Source: an uncultured Rhodospirillaceae bacterium (GTDB taxonomy: Bacteria > Pseudomonadota > Alphaproteobacteria > UBA9219). Taken from it: a stretch of DNA of 64,000 bases. The position numbers were made by a program, and so were the translations under genes. The stretch lies in NCBI GenBank assembly GCA_964453225.1, contig CAYVNS010000009.1, positions 6,794-70,793 on the forward strand, in the 5' to 3' direction. The notes beneath the pieces were generated by a model. It was not told the origin of the DNA and searched no databases. It saw only the letters and a program-made list of their open reading frames with translations. Below, piece after piece: positions 38,971-47,697 of this stretch; within the stretch, counting starts at the first letter, position 1; each line of letters starts with the position of its first letter.

Positions 38971-40078
38971 ATGCGCGCCGAAGTACAATCAGCCATAGCA
39001 GACATCGAGAAATCGCTGGGTTTGCTGAGGAGGCATCTTTGACTACGATCATGCCCTGGCGCGCCTTGATGAGCTGAACGCCTTTGCCGAAAATCCCGAG
39101 CTTTGGAACGATCCGTCGAAGGCGCAGAAGATCATGCGCGAGCGCACGCAGCTCGATCAGGCGCTTGGCGGGTATCGCGCGATCGAACGCGAGCTTTCCG
39201 ATCATATCGAGATGATCGAAATGGCCGAGGCCGAAGGCGATGCGCCGATGGCGACGGAGGCGGAAAACGCCCTCTTCGCCTTGCGCGGCGTGGCGGCCGA
39301 GCGCGAGCTGGAAAGCCTTCTTTCGGGCGAGGCGGACGCCAACGATTGCTATCTGGAAGTCAATTCCGGCGCGGGCGGAACCGAAGCGCAGGACTGGGCC
39401 GAGATGCTGCTTCGCATGTACGTGCGCTGGGGCGAAAAGCATGGCTATAAGGTGGGGATGCTGTGCGAAACCCGCGGCGAAGAGGCTGGGATCAAATCGG
39501 CGACCATTCAAATAGAGGGCCATAACGCGTACGGATGGCTGAAAACGGAATCCGGCGTGCACCGGCTTGTGCGCATCAGCCCTTACGATTCAAATGCCCG
39601 CCGCCATACAAGCTTTGCCAGCATTTCCGTGACCCCCGTGGTGGACGAGACGGTGTCGGTGGAGGTTCTGGACAAGGATTTGAAGGTCGACGTTTTCCGC
39701 GCGTCGGGCGCCGGCGGGCAGCATGTCAATAAAACCGAAAGCGCCGTTCGTTTTACGCATTTGCCGACCGGCATCGTCGTTGCTTGCCAGCAGGAGCGCT
39801 CGCAGCATCAAAACCGCGCCAAGGCGATGGAGATGCTGAAAGCCAAGCTCTATGAACGCGAGCTGAAAAGGCGCGAGGAAGCCGCCGCCGATATCGAAGC
39901 GCAGAAAACGGATATCGCCTGGGGGCATCAAATCCGGTCGTATGTGTTGCAGCCTTATCAAATGGTCAAAGACGCCCGCACCGGCGCTGAAACGAGCCAG
40001 ACGCAGGCGGTTCTGGACGGGGATATTGATCTTTTTCTTCGCGCGTCGTTGGCGAGTCGAATCAAGGGCCAGGTTTAA
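38971..40078 (+). CDS. prfB: Peptide chain release factor 2, expressed via a programmed +1 ribosomal frameshift at 39037-39043
   Basis: Frame 1 from the ATG at 38971 gives MRAEVQSAIADIEKSLGLLRRHL and ends at the in-frame TGA (39040-42) within aggagg-cat-CTT-TGA-C, i.e. an SD-like element plus the CUU UGA C shifty site. The +1 frame continues DYDHALARLDELNAFAENPELWND... through GGQHVNKTESAVRFTHLPTG.... Confidence 0.9.
39028..39043 (+). promoter_or_regulatory. prfB autoregulatory +1 frameshift cassette (internal SD AGGAGG plus CUU-UGA-C)
   Basis: Seen directly in the sequence. The mechanism is the established RF2 autoregulation. Confidence 0.85.
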
Positions 40079-40198
40079 TTGAACGATCTTGGGCTGCAAA
40101 TCGCACTTTTTCAAAGTTTCGCTGCTCACGTACGATTGAGTACGCTGCGCGCGAAACTTTGAAAAATCACAATTTTCGCCTCAAGCTTGTTCAATTAA
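40073..40198. repeat. Long imperfect palindromic intergenic element (family 4), copy 2; overlaps the prfB stop codon
   Basis: Arms tttaattgaacgatcttgggc...gcctcaagcttgttcaattaaa and ctttttcaaagtttcgc...gcgaaactttgaaaaat flank the same core ctgctcacgtacgAttgagtacgctgcgcg as copy 1 (9385-9498). Confidence 0.7.
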
Positions 40199-40280
40199 AT
40201 ATATGCGAAAAGTAATTAAAAAGAGCTTGATTGCTGCTTTGCGAATGATGTTAGCTTGACCGCAGGAGGATGAGCTTTAA

Positions 40281-40667
40281 ATGTTCATAACTTTTTGTAC
40301 GGGGAAACTGCATCGCGTGACGGTGACGGGCGCGTGCCTTGACTATCAGGGCAGCATCACGATCGACCGCAAGCTTATGGATGCTGCGGGCATTTTGCCG
40401 TTTCAGATGATTCATGTGAATAATCTTGCCAACGCCGCGCACTGGGAAACCTACGCCATTCCCGGCGACAAGCGCGGGGAGATATGCCTGAACGGAAGCC
40501 CGGCGCGGCTTTTCCATCCCGGCGATAAAGTGATTATTCTGGCGCTTGCGCACGGAACCGCAGCCGAGGCGGCCGCGGTCGAGCAGAAGGTTGTTTTTGT
40601 CGACGGGAAAAACGCGATTGTGCGCACCGAGCGGAAGTCCTATCGTAAAAAACGCGGCAAAAAATAA
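40281..40667 (+). CDS. panD: Aspartate 1-decarboxylase
   Basis: MFITFCTGKLHRVTVTGACLDYQGSITIDRKLMDAAGI...ETYAIPGDKRGEICLNGSPARL. Pyruvoyl-dependent PanD pattern, with the cleavage site Gly-Ser in YQGSIT. Confidence 0.9.
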   Translation: MFITFCTGKLHRVTVTGACLDYQGSITIDRKLMDAAGILPFQMIHVNNLANAAHWETYAIPGDKRGEICLNGSPARLFHPGDKVIILALAHGTAAEAAAVEQKVVFVDGKNAIVRTERKSYRKKRGKK

Positions 40668-40688
40668 TCGGTTTTCGCAGAGGTTTTC

Positions 40689-41684
40689 ATGCTCACCCTC
40701 CACGACGGGACGGAAAGATACAAAGACATCGCCGCCGAGCTGGGGTCTTCGACCTTGCCTTTGCGCGTCAAATGGGTGGATATTCTGGATGGCACGCCCG
40801 AGGAAATAAATTTCATCGAGCGCGCGCTTAAACGCCATTTGCCGACCAAAGAGGAGCTGAACGAGATTGAAAGCTCCAGCCGGCTGCGCGCGGATCACGG
40901 GACTTTTTATTTGAGCGCAACGGTCGTCTCGCGCCTGACGGGCGTTCCGAAAGCGACGCCCGTGGGCTTCATTCTGACCAAGGATTTGTTCGTTACCATA
41001 CGCTATGCGGCGCTGGCGGCGTTCACGGCTTTCGAGGAGGAATTCGCCGACGAGGATAACGATTATACCGGCAATCTGGGCGCTTTCGTCGGCCTGATTG
41101 CCGCCATCGTGGATCGCGCCGCCGATTTGCTGGAAAACGTGGAGAGCGAACTGGATCAGGTTTCGCAGCAGATTTTCTATGCCGGCAGCAACGGCGGTCT
41201 TTCCCTGCTGGGCAAGCCGGCGCGCGCCACCGCCAGCTTGCGCGAAACGCTTCGGCGCATTGGGCACAACGGCGATTTATCCTCGAAAATCCGCGACAGT
41301 CTTTTGGGGATCGAGCGGATCGTCTCGTACGTCGGCGAGATGAGCGCCGACTGGTTTCCAAGCGAACTTAAAGTCCATTTGAAAACGCAGTACCGCGATA
41401 TCGCGTCCCTTTCCGATTACGACCGGCATTTGATGAATAAGGTGCAGCTTTTGCTGGACGCCACGTTGGGCATGATCAACATCGAACAGAACAATATCAT
41501 CAAGGTTCTGACGGTCGTTTCCGTGGTCGGCATTCCGCCGACATTGATCGCCAGCATGTACGGCATGAATTTCAAGGTCATGCCGGAACTGGACTGGGCC
41601 TGGGGCTATCCTTTCGGGCTTATGCTGATTGTGCTTAGCGGCATCGCGCCCATTCTTTGGTTCAAGGTGAGGGGATGGCTGTAA
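40689..41684 (+). CDS. corA: Magnesium/cobalt transporter CorA
   Basis: Two C-terminal TM helices and the YGMNF signature. Confidence 0.9.
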   Translation: MLTLHDGTERYKDIAAELGSSTLPLRVKWVDILDGTPEEINFIERALKRHLPTKEELNEIESSSRLRADHGTFYLSATVVSRLTGVPKATPVGFILTKDLFVTIRYAALAAFTAFEEEFADEDNDYTGNLGAFVGLIAAIVDRAADLLENVESELDQVSQQIFYAGSNGGLSLLGKPARATASLRETLRRIGHNGDLSSKIRDSLLGIERIVSYVGEMSADWFPSELKVHLKTQYRDIASLSDYDRHLMNKVQLLLDATLGMINIEQNNIIKVLTVVSVVGIPPTLIASMYGMNFKVMPELDWAWGYPFGLMLIVLSGIAPILWFKVRGWL

Positions 41685-41691
41685 CTCTTTC

Positions 41692-42252
41692 ATGAATGTT
41701 CTTGCCACCGTTTCCCTTGCCTTAAGCCTTTCCGCGGACGCTTTCGCCGTCGCCGTCGGCAAGGGCGTGGGCGTGCGCCATCCCCGGCTCGCCGAGGCTG
41801 TGCGCACGGGGCTGATTTTCGGAGGTGTCGAGGCGAGCATGCCCCTTTTGGGGTGGGGGCTCGGGACTCTGGCGAGCGGCGTTATCGCACGTTTCGATCA
41901 CTGGGTTGCTTTTTTGATTCTTGCCGCGCTGGGAATCAAAATGATCGCCGAGAGCTTCACAAGGGATGAGGCGGCGGAAAAACCCGTAAGGCATGAATGG
42001 CATGCACTCGCGCTCGCCGCGCTGGGCAGCAGCATCGATTCGTTAGGCGTCGGCGTGACTCTGGCGTTTATTAAAGCGAATATCTGTCTCACGGCGGCCG
42101 CCATCGGAACGGCGACGTTTTTGATGTCGACCATCGGATTCATGGTGGGACACGCGATCGGCGCGCGCGTCGGCAAATATGCGGAAGGATTCGGCGGCGT
42201 TGTGTTGATCGTCATTGGCACCCGGATTTTATGGGAGCATTTGGCTCCATAA
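41692..42252 (+). CDS. mntP: Manganese efflux pump MntP
   Basis: DUF204 repeats with the SLSADAFAVAVGKG and SSIDSLGVGVTLAF motifs; 6 TM helices. Confidence 0.85.
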   Translation: MNVLATVSLALSLSADAFAVAVGKGVGVRHPRLAEAVRTGLIFGGVEASMPLLGWGLGTLASGVIARFDHWVAFLILAALGIKMIAESFTRDEAAEKPVRHEWHALALAALGSSIDSLGVGVTLAFIKANICLTAAAIGTATFLMSTIGFMVGHAIGARVGKYAEGFGGVVLIVIGTRILWEHLAP

Positions 42253-42320
42253 GAGAAGGGCTTGTATTGTTCGAACGCCAGAACTTCCTTCAGGATACGG
42301 GGGATTTCTTTTTTGTTCCG

Positions 42321-42362
42321 ACACCACCCCCTCCCAACCCTCCCCCATCGAGGGGGAGGGCT
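42321..42362. repeat. REP-like element, family 1, copy 3
   Basis: acaccaccccctcccaaccctcccccatcgagggggaggg, in the convergent gap between mntP and the Y-family polymerase. Confidence 0.65.
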
Positions 42363-42374
42363 TGGAGATGTTGT

Positions 42375-43625
42375 TCAGAATTCGTACACCTCCGGGACGC
42401 GCTGGAACGCGGCGTGGCCGGTAAAAGACCGGATAAGCTCTGAAGATTTTCCGAAGCCGATGGCGTCGCGGCCAAAGCGACGGTTGATGCTGTCGATAAC
42501 CGGCGACAGGCGCTGCCGCCTTTTGACGAAGGCGTTGCTGTCGATAAAAAGATCGAGCTGGTGCTGTGCGGCCGGCACAAGGCCCATCAGAACGACGCCG
42601 ACCTTGATTGGCGCGATCATGGGAAAATCGCGCCAGAGCGTCAAAAGCCGCCCGAGCAGGAAGTTCGTGTCTTGCGTTTCGGCAAAGCTCGTTTCCGTCC
42701 AGAAGTGTTCCCATGATTTTTCCGCCGCCAGATGGACGCCCATCCGTCGGCAAAAGTATTCCTCGTGCCGCAGCCGCTCCGCCGCTTTGGCCAGCAAATG
42801 CTGCGCGAACTGGACGGCGCCGTTCATCGTGCGCAAGGAAGGCTCCAGCACATGTTCGTGGCCGAGGCTTTGGCTTTGCGTCGACGACGGGAATTGAAGG
42901 TCGGCGCCGTGCAGCAATTCGTGATACAGGACGCCGTTGATGCTTCCCCAGGCGAGGCGCAGTTGATGCCGCGAGGCGCTTGTGAGATCGGCGACGGTAT
43001 AAATGCCCGCGCGGTTCAGGCGCGCCTTCATGCGCTTGGCGATGCCGTAGATGTCCGTCAGCTCAAGGGGGCTGAGGATATCCGGCAGGTCTTTTTTCCG
43101 GATGATCACAAGGCCGTCGGGCTTTTGCATGTCGCTGCCGACCTTGCCCAGAAAAAGGCTGGGTGCGATGCCGATGGAGCAGGTCATACGCGCGCCGACT
43201 TTTTCGCGCAAGGCGGCTTTGATTTTAAGGGCGAGGGCGCGCGCGTTTTCGGCGTGCCGCTCGCGGCCCATGAGGCGGCAGGCCATCTCGTCGATGGAGC
43301 CGATCTTTTCGATGGGAAGGCAGGTATCGACGGCTTCAAGGATGCGGTGATGGTATTGGACGTAGAGCTTGTGGCGCGCTTCGACGAGCACGAGATCGGG
43401 GCAGCGCTTTTTCGCCTCCCAAACCATCGTGCCGGTTTTGACGCCGAAGGCCCGCGCTTCGTAACTCGATGCAATGGCGCAGGTGCTGTCGGTCATCATT
43501 TGCACAACCGCGACGGGGCGGCCACGGAGCTCGGGCCGCTCCTGCTGTTCGCAGGAGGCAAAAAAGGCATTTAAATCAAGGAATAGCCAGTTAACGGCAT
43601 CGTCCTCGGCCACGCTCTTGTTCAT
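42375..43625 (-). CDS. Y-family DNA polymerase (DinB/Pol IV-like), SOS-regulated
   Basis: N-terminal WLFLDLNAFFASCE, the SIDE motif IEKIGSIDEMACRL, and the finger/palm region SIGIAPSLFLGKVGSDMQKPDG. The start is assigned to the Met at 43625 (MNKSVAEDD...), which lies inside a LexA box. Confidence 0.8.
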   Translation of the reverse strand: MNKSVAEDDAVNWLFLDLNAFFASCEQQERPELRGRPVAVVQMMTDSTCAIASSYEARAFGVKTGTMVWEAKKRCPDLVLVEARHKLYVQYHHRILEAVDTCLPIEKIGSIDEMACRLMGRERHAENARALALKIKAALREKVGARMTCSIGIAPSLFLGKVGSDMQKPDGLVIIRKKDLPDILSPLELTDIYGIAKRMKARLNRAGIYTVADLTSASRHQLRLAWGSINGVLYHELLHGADLQFPSSTQSQSLGHEHVLEPSLRTMNGAVQFAQHLLAKAAERLRHEEYFCRRMGVHLAAEKSWEHFWTETSFAETQDTNFLLGRLLTLWRDFPMIAPIKVGVVLMGLVPAAQHQLDLFIDSNAFVKRRQRLSPVIDSINRRFGRDAIGFGKSSELIRSFTGHAAFQRVPEVYEF

Positions 43626-43634
43626 GTTTCGTTC
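43620..43634 (-). promoter_or_regulatory. LexA (SOS) box GAAC-N7-GAAC overlapping the start codon of the Y-family polymerase
   Basis: The plus strand reads GTTCatgtttcGTTC, so the minus strand reads GAACgaaacATGAAC and contains the ATG. This is the same motif class as the recA box. Confidence 0.65.
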
Positions 43635-43741
43635 TATATGATGAAAGGAGCGGGGGAGGCAAGGGGAATCGGGGCTCTTCAGCATACATAAAAAACCCCC
43701 GCCCCCTTTGGCGATCGGGGGCAGGGGAAGTAAGGGCTTGC

Positions 43742-44983
43742 TTAAACCTTGGGTTTGACCTGACCCGCCGTCGCCATAGCCTTTGCGTGGACGGCCAGCA
43801 CGTTCAGAAAGCCTTCGGAGTCGCGGTGGTCGAAGGAGCCTTCATTTTCCATCGAGCCGTCGCTTGTGTAAAGCGAGTGCGGCGCGTCTTCCCCTTTCAA
43901 AAAGCTTACGTTGCCTTTGTAAAGGCTGGCCGTGATCGTTCCCGTGGCCAGCGCGTTGATCGAGCCGATGGCTTTTAGGATCATTTGCGTCGCCAGATCG
44001 AAGTAATAGCCTTGGTAGACCTGCTTTGCAAAAGACTGGCTCAGCGCGTCGAAAAGCTCTTTCGCCCTGCGGTCGAGGATAAGCTGCAAGAGCATGTTGT
44101 AACAGCAACCCAAAAGCTCGATCCCCGGCTGTTCGTAAACGCCGCGCGATTTCACGCCGACAAAACGGTTTTCAACCAAGTGTTGGCCGATGCCGATGCC
44201 ATGCGCTCCGCCGATGGTATTTGCCAGAAGGAAGGCCTGAATGGGCGTAACGGCTTGCCCGTTAAGAGCGACGGGAACGCCTTTGTCGAAGCGGACCTTA
44301 AAGGTTTCCGCCCCTTCCGGGGCATCCTTGGGCCAGACGCCCATTTCCGGCGTCACAAGCTGCGCGGGCGTTTCGATGGATTCGAGCTTGCCGCCTTCGT
44401 GCGTGAGGCCGAGAAGATTGGCGTCCGTCGAATAGGGCTTGTTGCGCGAGGCTTTAATCGGAAGCTTGTGACGTTCGCAGTAATCGATCATTTGCGCGCG
44501 TCCGCCGAAAGCCTTCAGGAACAATTCATCCCGCCACGGCGCGTAGACCTTTATCGACGGGTCAAGCATCGCCGCACCCAGATGAAAGCGCACCTGATCG
44601 TTGCCGCGGCCCGTGGCGCCATGGGCAAGAATCGAAAGGCCTTTTTTCTTTAACTCCGAGACCGCCCCGGCGACCGTCACGTAACGGGCGAGGCCCGTTG
44701 TGTTCCAGTAGTGATCTTCATACCGGGCTTGCGTTTGGATGCCCTCAAGGCCGATGGCGGCAATCTCGTCTTGCAGCGGCATTTTCACGAAACCGACGGC
44801 GCCGCAGGTCATCATGCGCTTTTCGATGTCCATGAAATTGGCTTCGTCGGGTTGGGCGATGTCGGCTGTCAGGCACACGACCTTTACCCCCTGCTGCGTC
44901 AACCAGTGCGTGATCGTGCAGCTATCGAGGCCGCCCGAGGCGAGGAAGCCGATGGTTTGGCCTTTGAGATCCGTTGCGTTCAT
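43742..44983 (-). CDS. argG: Argininosuccinate synthase
   Basis: PP-loop FLASGGLDSC, and ...HGATGRGNDQVRF.... Confidence 0.95.
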   Translation of the reverse strand: MNATDLKGQTIGFLASGGLDSCTITHWLTQQGVKVVCLTADIAQPDEANFMDIEKRMMTCGAVGFVKMPLQDEIAAIGLEGIQTQARYEDHYWNTTGLARYVTVAGAVSELKKKGLSILAHGATGRGNDQVRFHLGAAMLDPSIKVYAPWRDELFLKAFGGRAQMIDYCERHKLPIKASRNKPYSTDANLLGLTHEGGKLESIETPAQLVTPEMGVWPKDAPEGAETFKVRFDKGVPVALNGQAVTPIQAFLLANTIGGAHGIGIGQHLVENRFVGVKSRGVYEQPGIELLGCCYNMLLQLILDRRAKELFDALSQSFAKQVYQGYYFDLATQMILKAIGSINALATGTITASLYKGNVSFLKGEDAPHSLYTSDGSMENEGSFDHRDSEGFLNVLAVHAKAMATAGQVKPKV

Positions 44984-45178
44984 AAAAAGTCTCCGTTCGT
45001 TTGTCTATTTTAGGAAAAGGCTTGGAGCGCGGGGCGCAACGAAAGCCAGTGATAAGGGGGAGTGCCGGATCGGCGCGCGAGCCCGTTGGTATTAGGCTCG
45101 TCGGAAGGCGAGAAAGTATGTGGGTGCGCTGCACATAAAGGCATGATAGCGGCGGGGTCTTAGAAAGCAATGATGAAA

Positions 45179-46588
45179 TTATTTTGCCAGCAATTTTTTC
45201 CATTTCCTGATTTGCACAAGGACTTGCGCCGGCGCCGTTCCGCCGTAACTGGCGCGCGAGTCGACGGCCTTTTCGACGGTCAGGACGTCAAACACATCGC
45301 GGCGCAAACGAGGAAACACCGTTTGTAGCTGTGAAAGCTCAAGCTCGTCGATGCGGCACCGCTTTTGCTCGGCCAGCCGCACGATTTTACCCGTGACCTG
45401 ATGCGCTTCCCGGAACGGCAGGCCGACGACTTTAACCAAATGATCGGCCAGATCCGTGGCGGTGAGAAACCCGTTTTGCGTTGCGGCTTTCAAAATTTCC
45501 TTGCATGGCTGCATGTCGCGAATCATGCCGGCGGCGACCTCCAGCATCAGCCCTAGTTCGTCCGCGATCCTGAACGCCGGGAGCTTGGTTTCCTGCAAAT
45601 CCTTATTATAGGCAAGGGGCAAGCCTTTCATGAGCGCCATCAGCTGGGTCTGGGCGCCAAGGATGCCGGCGGCTTTTGCGCGGATCAGTTCGGCCGCGTC
45701 GGGGTTGCGTTTTTGCGGCATGATGGAGCTGCCGGTCGTAAAGGCCTCCGACAATTTGATGTAGCGGAAGGCGTCGCTGGCCCAAAGGACGATTTCTTCG
45801 GCAAGGCGCGAAAGATGCATGGCGGCGATCGCGGCGCTGCTTGCGAATTCAAGCATAAAGTCGCGATCCGAAACGGCGTCGATGGAATTGGCGCATGGCG
45901 CGTCGAACCCTAGGCTTTTCGCCGTCCTGAAGCGGTCGATGGGAAAGGACGTGCCCGCAAGCGCCGCCGCGCCAAGCGGGCATTCGTTCATCAGCTGGCG
46001 CGCGTTCTGGAAACGCGCGCGGTCGCGCGCGCACATTTCGACATACGCCAGCATATGATGGCCGAACGTAACCGGCTGCGCAGGCTGAAGATGCGTAAAG
46101 CCCGGCATGATAAGCCGCGCGTGTTTTTCGGCCTGGGCCAGCAGTGCTTTTTGAAGCTCCTTCAGTTTCGAGTCGAGAGCCTCGGCGGCGTCGCGAATCC
46201 AAAGGCGCAGATCGACGGCGACTTGATCGTTGCGCGACCTGGCCGTGTGCAGGCGACCCGCCGCGTCGCCGATCAGCTCTTTCAGGCGCGATTCGACGTT
46301 CATGTGGATGTCTTCGAGTTCCGGGCGGAACGTGAAACGACCCGTTTCGATTTCTTGGGAAATTTGATCAAGGCCTTTTTGAATTTTGGCGTTGTCGGCG
46401 GCGGTGATTATTTTTTGCGCGGCAAGCATAGCCGCATGCGCCTTGGACGCCGCGATGTCTTGCTTGGTGAGCCGCTTGTCCGCATCGAGGCATTCGTTGA
46501 TGCGCGCCATCAGCGCGCCGGGGCCGCGTTTGTAATGGCCGCCCCACATATTGTTGGCGCGTGAGCGCGTTTTCGCTTTTTGGGCCAT
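45179..46588 (-). CDS. argH: Argininosuccinate lyase
   Basis: MWGGHY... and the fumarate-lyase signature [12 protein letters not shown]. The start may be the internal MWGG. Confidence 0.95.
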   Translation of the reverse strand: MAQKAKTRSRANNMWGGHYKRGPGALMARINECLDADKRLTKQDIAASKAHAAMLAAQKIITAADNAKIQKGLDQISQEIETGRFTFRPELEDIHMNVESRLKELIGDAAGRLHTARSRNDQVAVDLRLWIRDAAEALDSKLKELQKALLAQAEKHARLIMPGFTHLQPAQPVTFGHHMLAYVEMCARDRARFQNARQLMNECPLGAAALAGTSFPIDRFRTAKSLGFDAPCANSIDAVSDRDFMLEFASSAAIAAMHLSRLAEEIVLWASDAFRYIKLSEAFTTGSSIMPQKRNPDAAELIRAKAAGILGAQTQLMALMKGLPLAYNKDLQETKLPAFRIADELGLMLEVAAGMIRDMQPCKEILKAATQNGFLTATDLADHLVKVVGLPFREAHQVTGKIVRLAEQKRCRIDELELSQLQTVFPRLRRDVFDVLTVEKAVDSRASYGGTAPAQVLVQIRKWKKLLAK

Positions 46589-46667
46589 GAGGATCGTCCT
46601 TAAAATCGTCGCTTTTGTTTATGAGAACCGTTATATAGCGCAAAGCGACAAAAGGATAAAGGGAACC

Positions 46668-47173
46668 ATGACGATCCGGCCGGAAAAAGAAAACGAGTTC
46701 GCGAAAATTTACGATCTCATCAAAACAGCCTTTCAAACCGCGAAGGTCTCAAACGGCAAGGAGCAGGATTTCGCCAATGAGTTGCGCGCCGGGAAAGGGT
46801 ATATTCCGGAGCTTGCGCTTGTCGCCGAGGAGGACGGCGAGGTTATCGGCCACATTATGCTGACCGAATGGCCCGTGAGCGACGGCGACATAAAGCACGT
46901 CGTTTTGCTCATTGCGCCGGTTTGCGTAGCGCTTGCAAAAAGAAACAACGGGTTTGCAAGCAAGTTGATTAACGAGAGTTTAGCGCGTGCAAAGGCGAAG
47001 GGCTATGAGGCCGTGATGCTTGTCGGCGATCCGGCGTTTTACGGGCGTTTGGCTTCAAGCCGTCCGCCGCGTTCGGGATACGGAATACCAACGGCATTCC
47101 CGATGACTATGTGATGGCGTGCGAGCTTGTTCCCGGCGCGTTTCTCACGATCAAAGGCACGGTATCTTTTTAA
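46668..47173 (+). pseudogene. GNAT family N-acetyltransferase with a 1-nt frameshift in a T-run at 47048-47050 (genuine lesion or homopolymer sequencing error)
   Basis: Frame 0 gives ...MLVGDPAFYGRLASSRPPRSGYGIPTAFPMTM and stops at 47114. Restoring one T gives ...GDPAFYGRFGFKPSAAFGIRNTNGIPDDYVMACELVPGAFLTIKGTVSF and stops at 47171-47173, a typical GNAT C-terminus. Confidence 0.6.
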
Positions 47174-47509
47174 TTAGCGCTTTTTCCAGCTTCCATCGGG
47201 GGCTTGGTAGGCACTTCCCGCAGGGAGCTGGTTGATGATCTGTTGCGCCGCAAGCTTGGCCACCACATCGACCGGCTGGCCGTTCTGCTTCGAGATGCGC
47301 GCGTATTCCTGCCGGCGTTTGGCGTTCACCTCGGCGACAAGGGACTGCACGTCCGGCGTCGCGGCAAGCGCAGCGGCATAGCCGTCAAGCCTCTCGCCCA
47401 CTTGGCCGCTGCCCCGCGCGCCATGAAGATCGAGCGCCAGAGCCGGGGCCGCGATGAGCATGCCGAGCAGCGCTATGAGTGCCATTTGTTTTTTCATGAG
47501 AGCCTCCAC
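47174..47509 (-). CDS. ydbL: YdbL-like periplasmic protein (DUF1318)
   Basis: Signal peptide MKKQMALIALLGMLIAAPALA. Small protein that is the last gene of a ydbH-ynbE-ydbL-like operon. Confidence 0.65.
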   Translation of the reverse strand: MEALMKKQMALIALLGMLIAAPALALDLHGARGSGQVGERLDGYAAALAATPDVQSLVAEVNAKRRQEYARISKQNGQPVDVVAKLAAQQIINQLPAGSAYQAPDGSWKKR

Positions 47510-47514
47510 CTGTT

Positions 47515-47697
47515 CTAAAACACGTCGGGATTCTTGGCGATTGCCTGCTGAACGTCTTTCTGGATCTCGACCTTGATGTGTTGTTCGATGTTGACGTTCA
47601 GATTGATTTCGATGGGCTTGTCCGGCGCTTGCACCTGTACGGTCGGCGTGCAGGCGGCGACGGCCGCGAGGGTGAGAATGACGCTAAGGATTCGCAT
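47515..47697 (-). CDS. ynbE: YnbE-like small lipoprotein
   Basis: 60 aa with a lipobox LAAVAAC. The pattern ...PIEINLNVNIEQHIKVEIQKDVQQAIAKNPDVF closely resembles E. coli YnbE. Confidence 0.7.
   Translation of the reverse strand: MRILSVILTLAAVAACTPTVQVQAPDKPIEINLNVNIEQHIKVEIQKDVQQAIAKNPDVF

Noticed and set aside
38774-39562. 262-aa ORF on the minus strand
   Set aside because: It lies wholly antisense to prfB and has high-GC third-position bias typical of a shadow frame. prfB is unambiguously coding here.
41684-41692. Looked for a yybP-ykoY Mn-riboswitch upstream of mntP
   Set aside because: Only 8 bp separate corA and mntP, so there is no room for a riboswitch. mntP is probably co-transcribed with corA.
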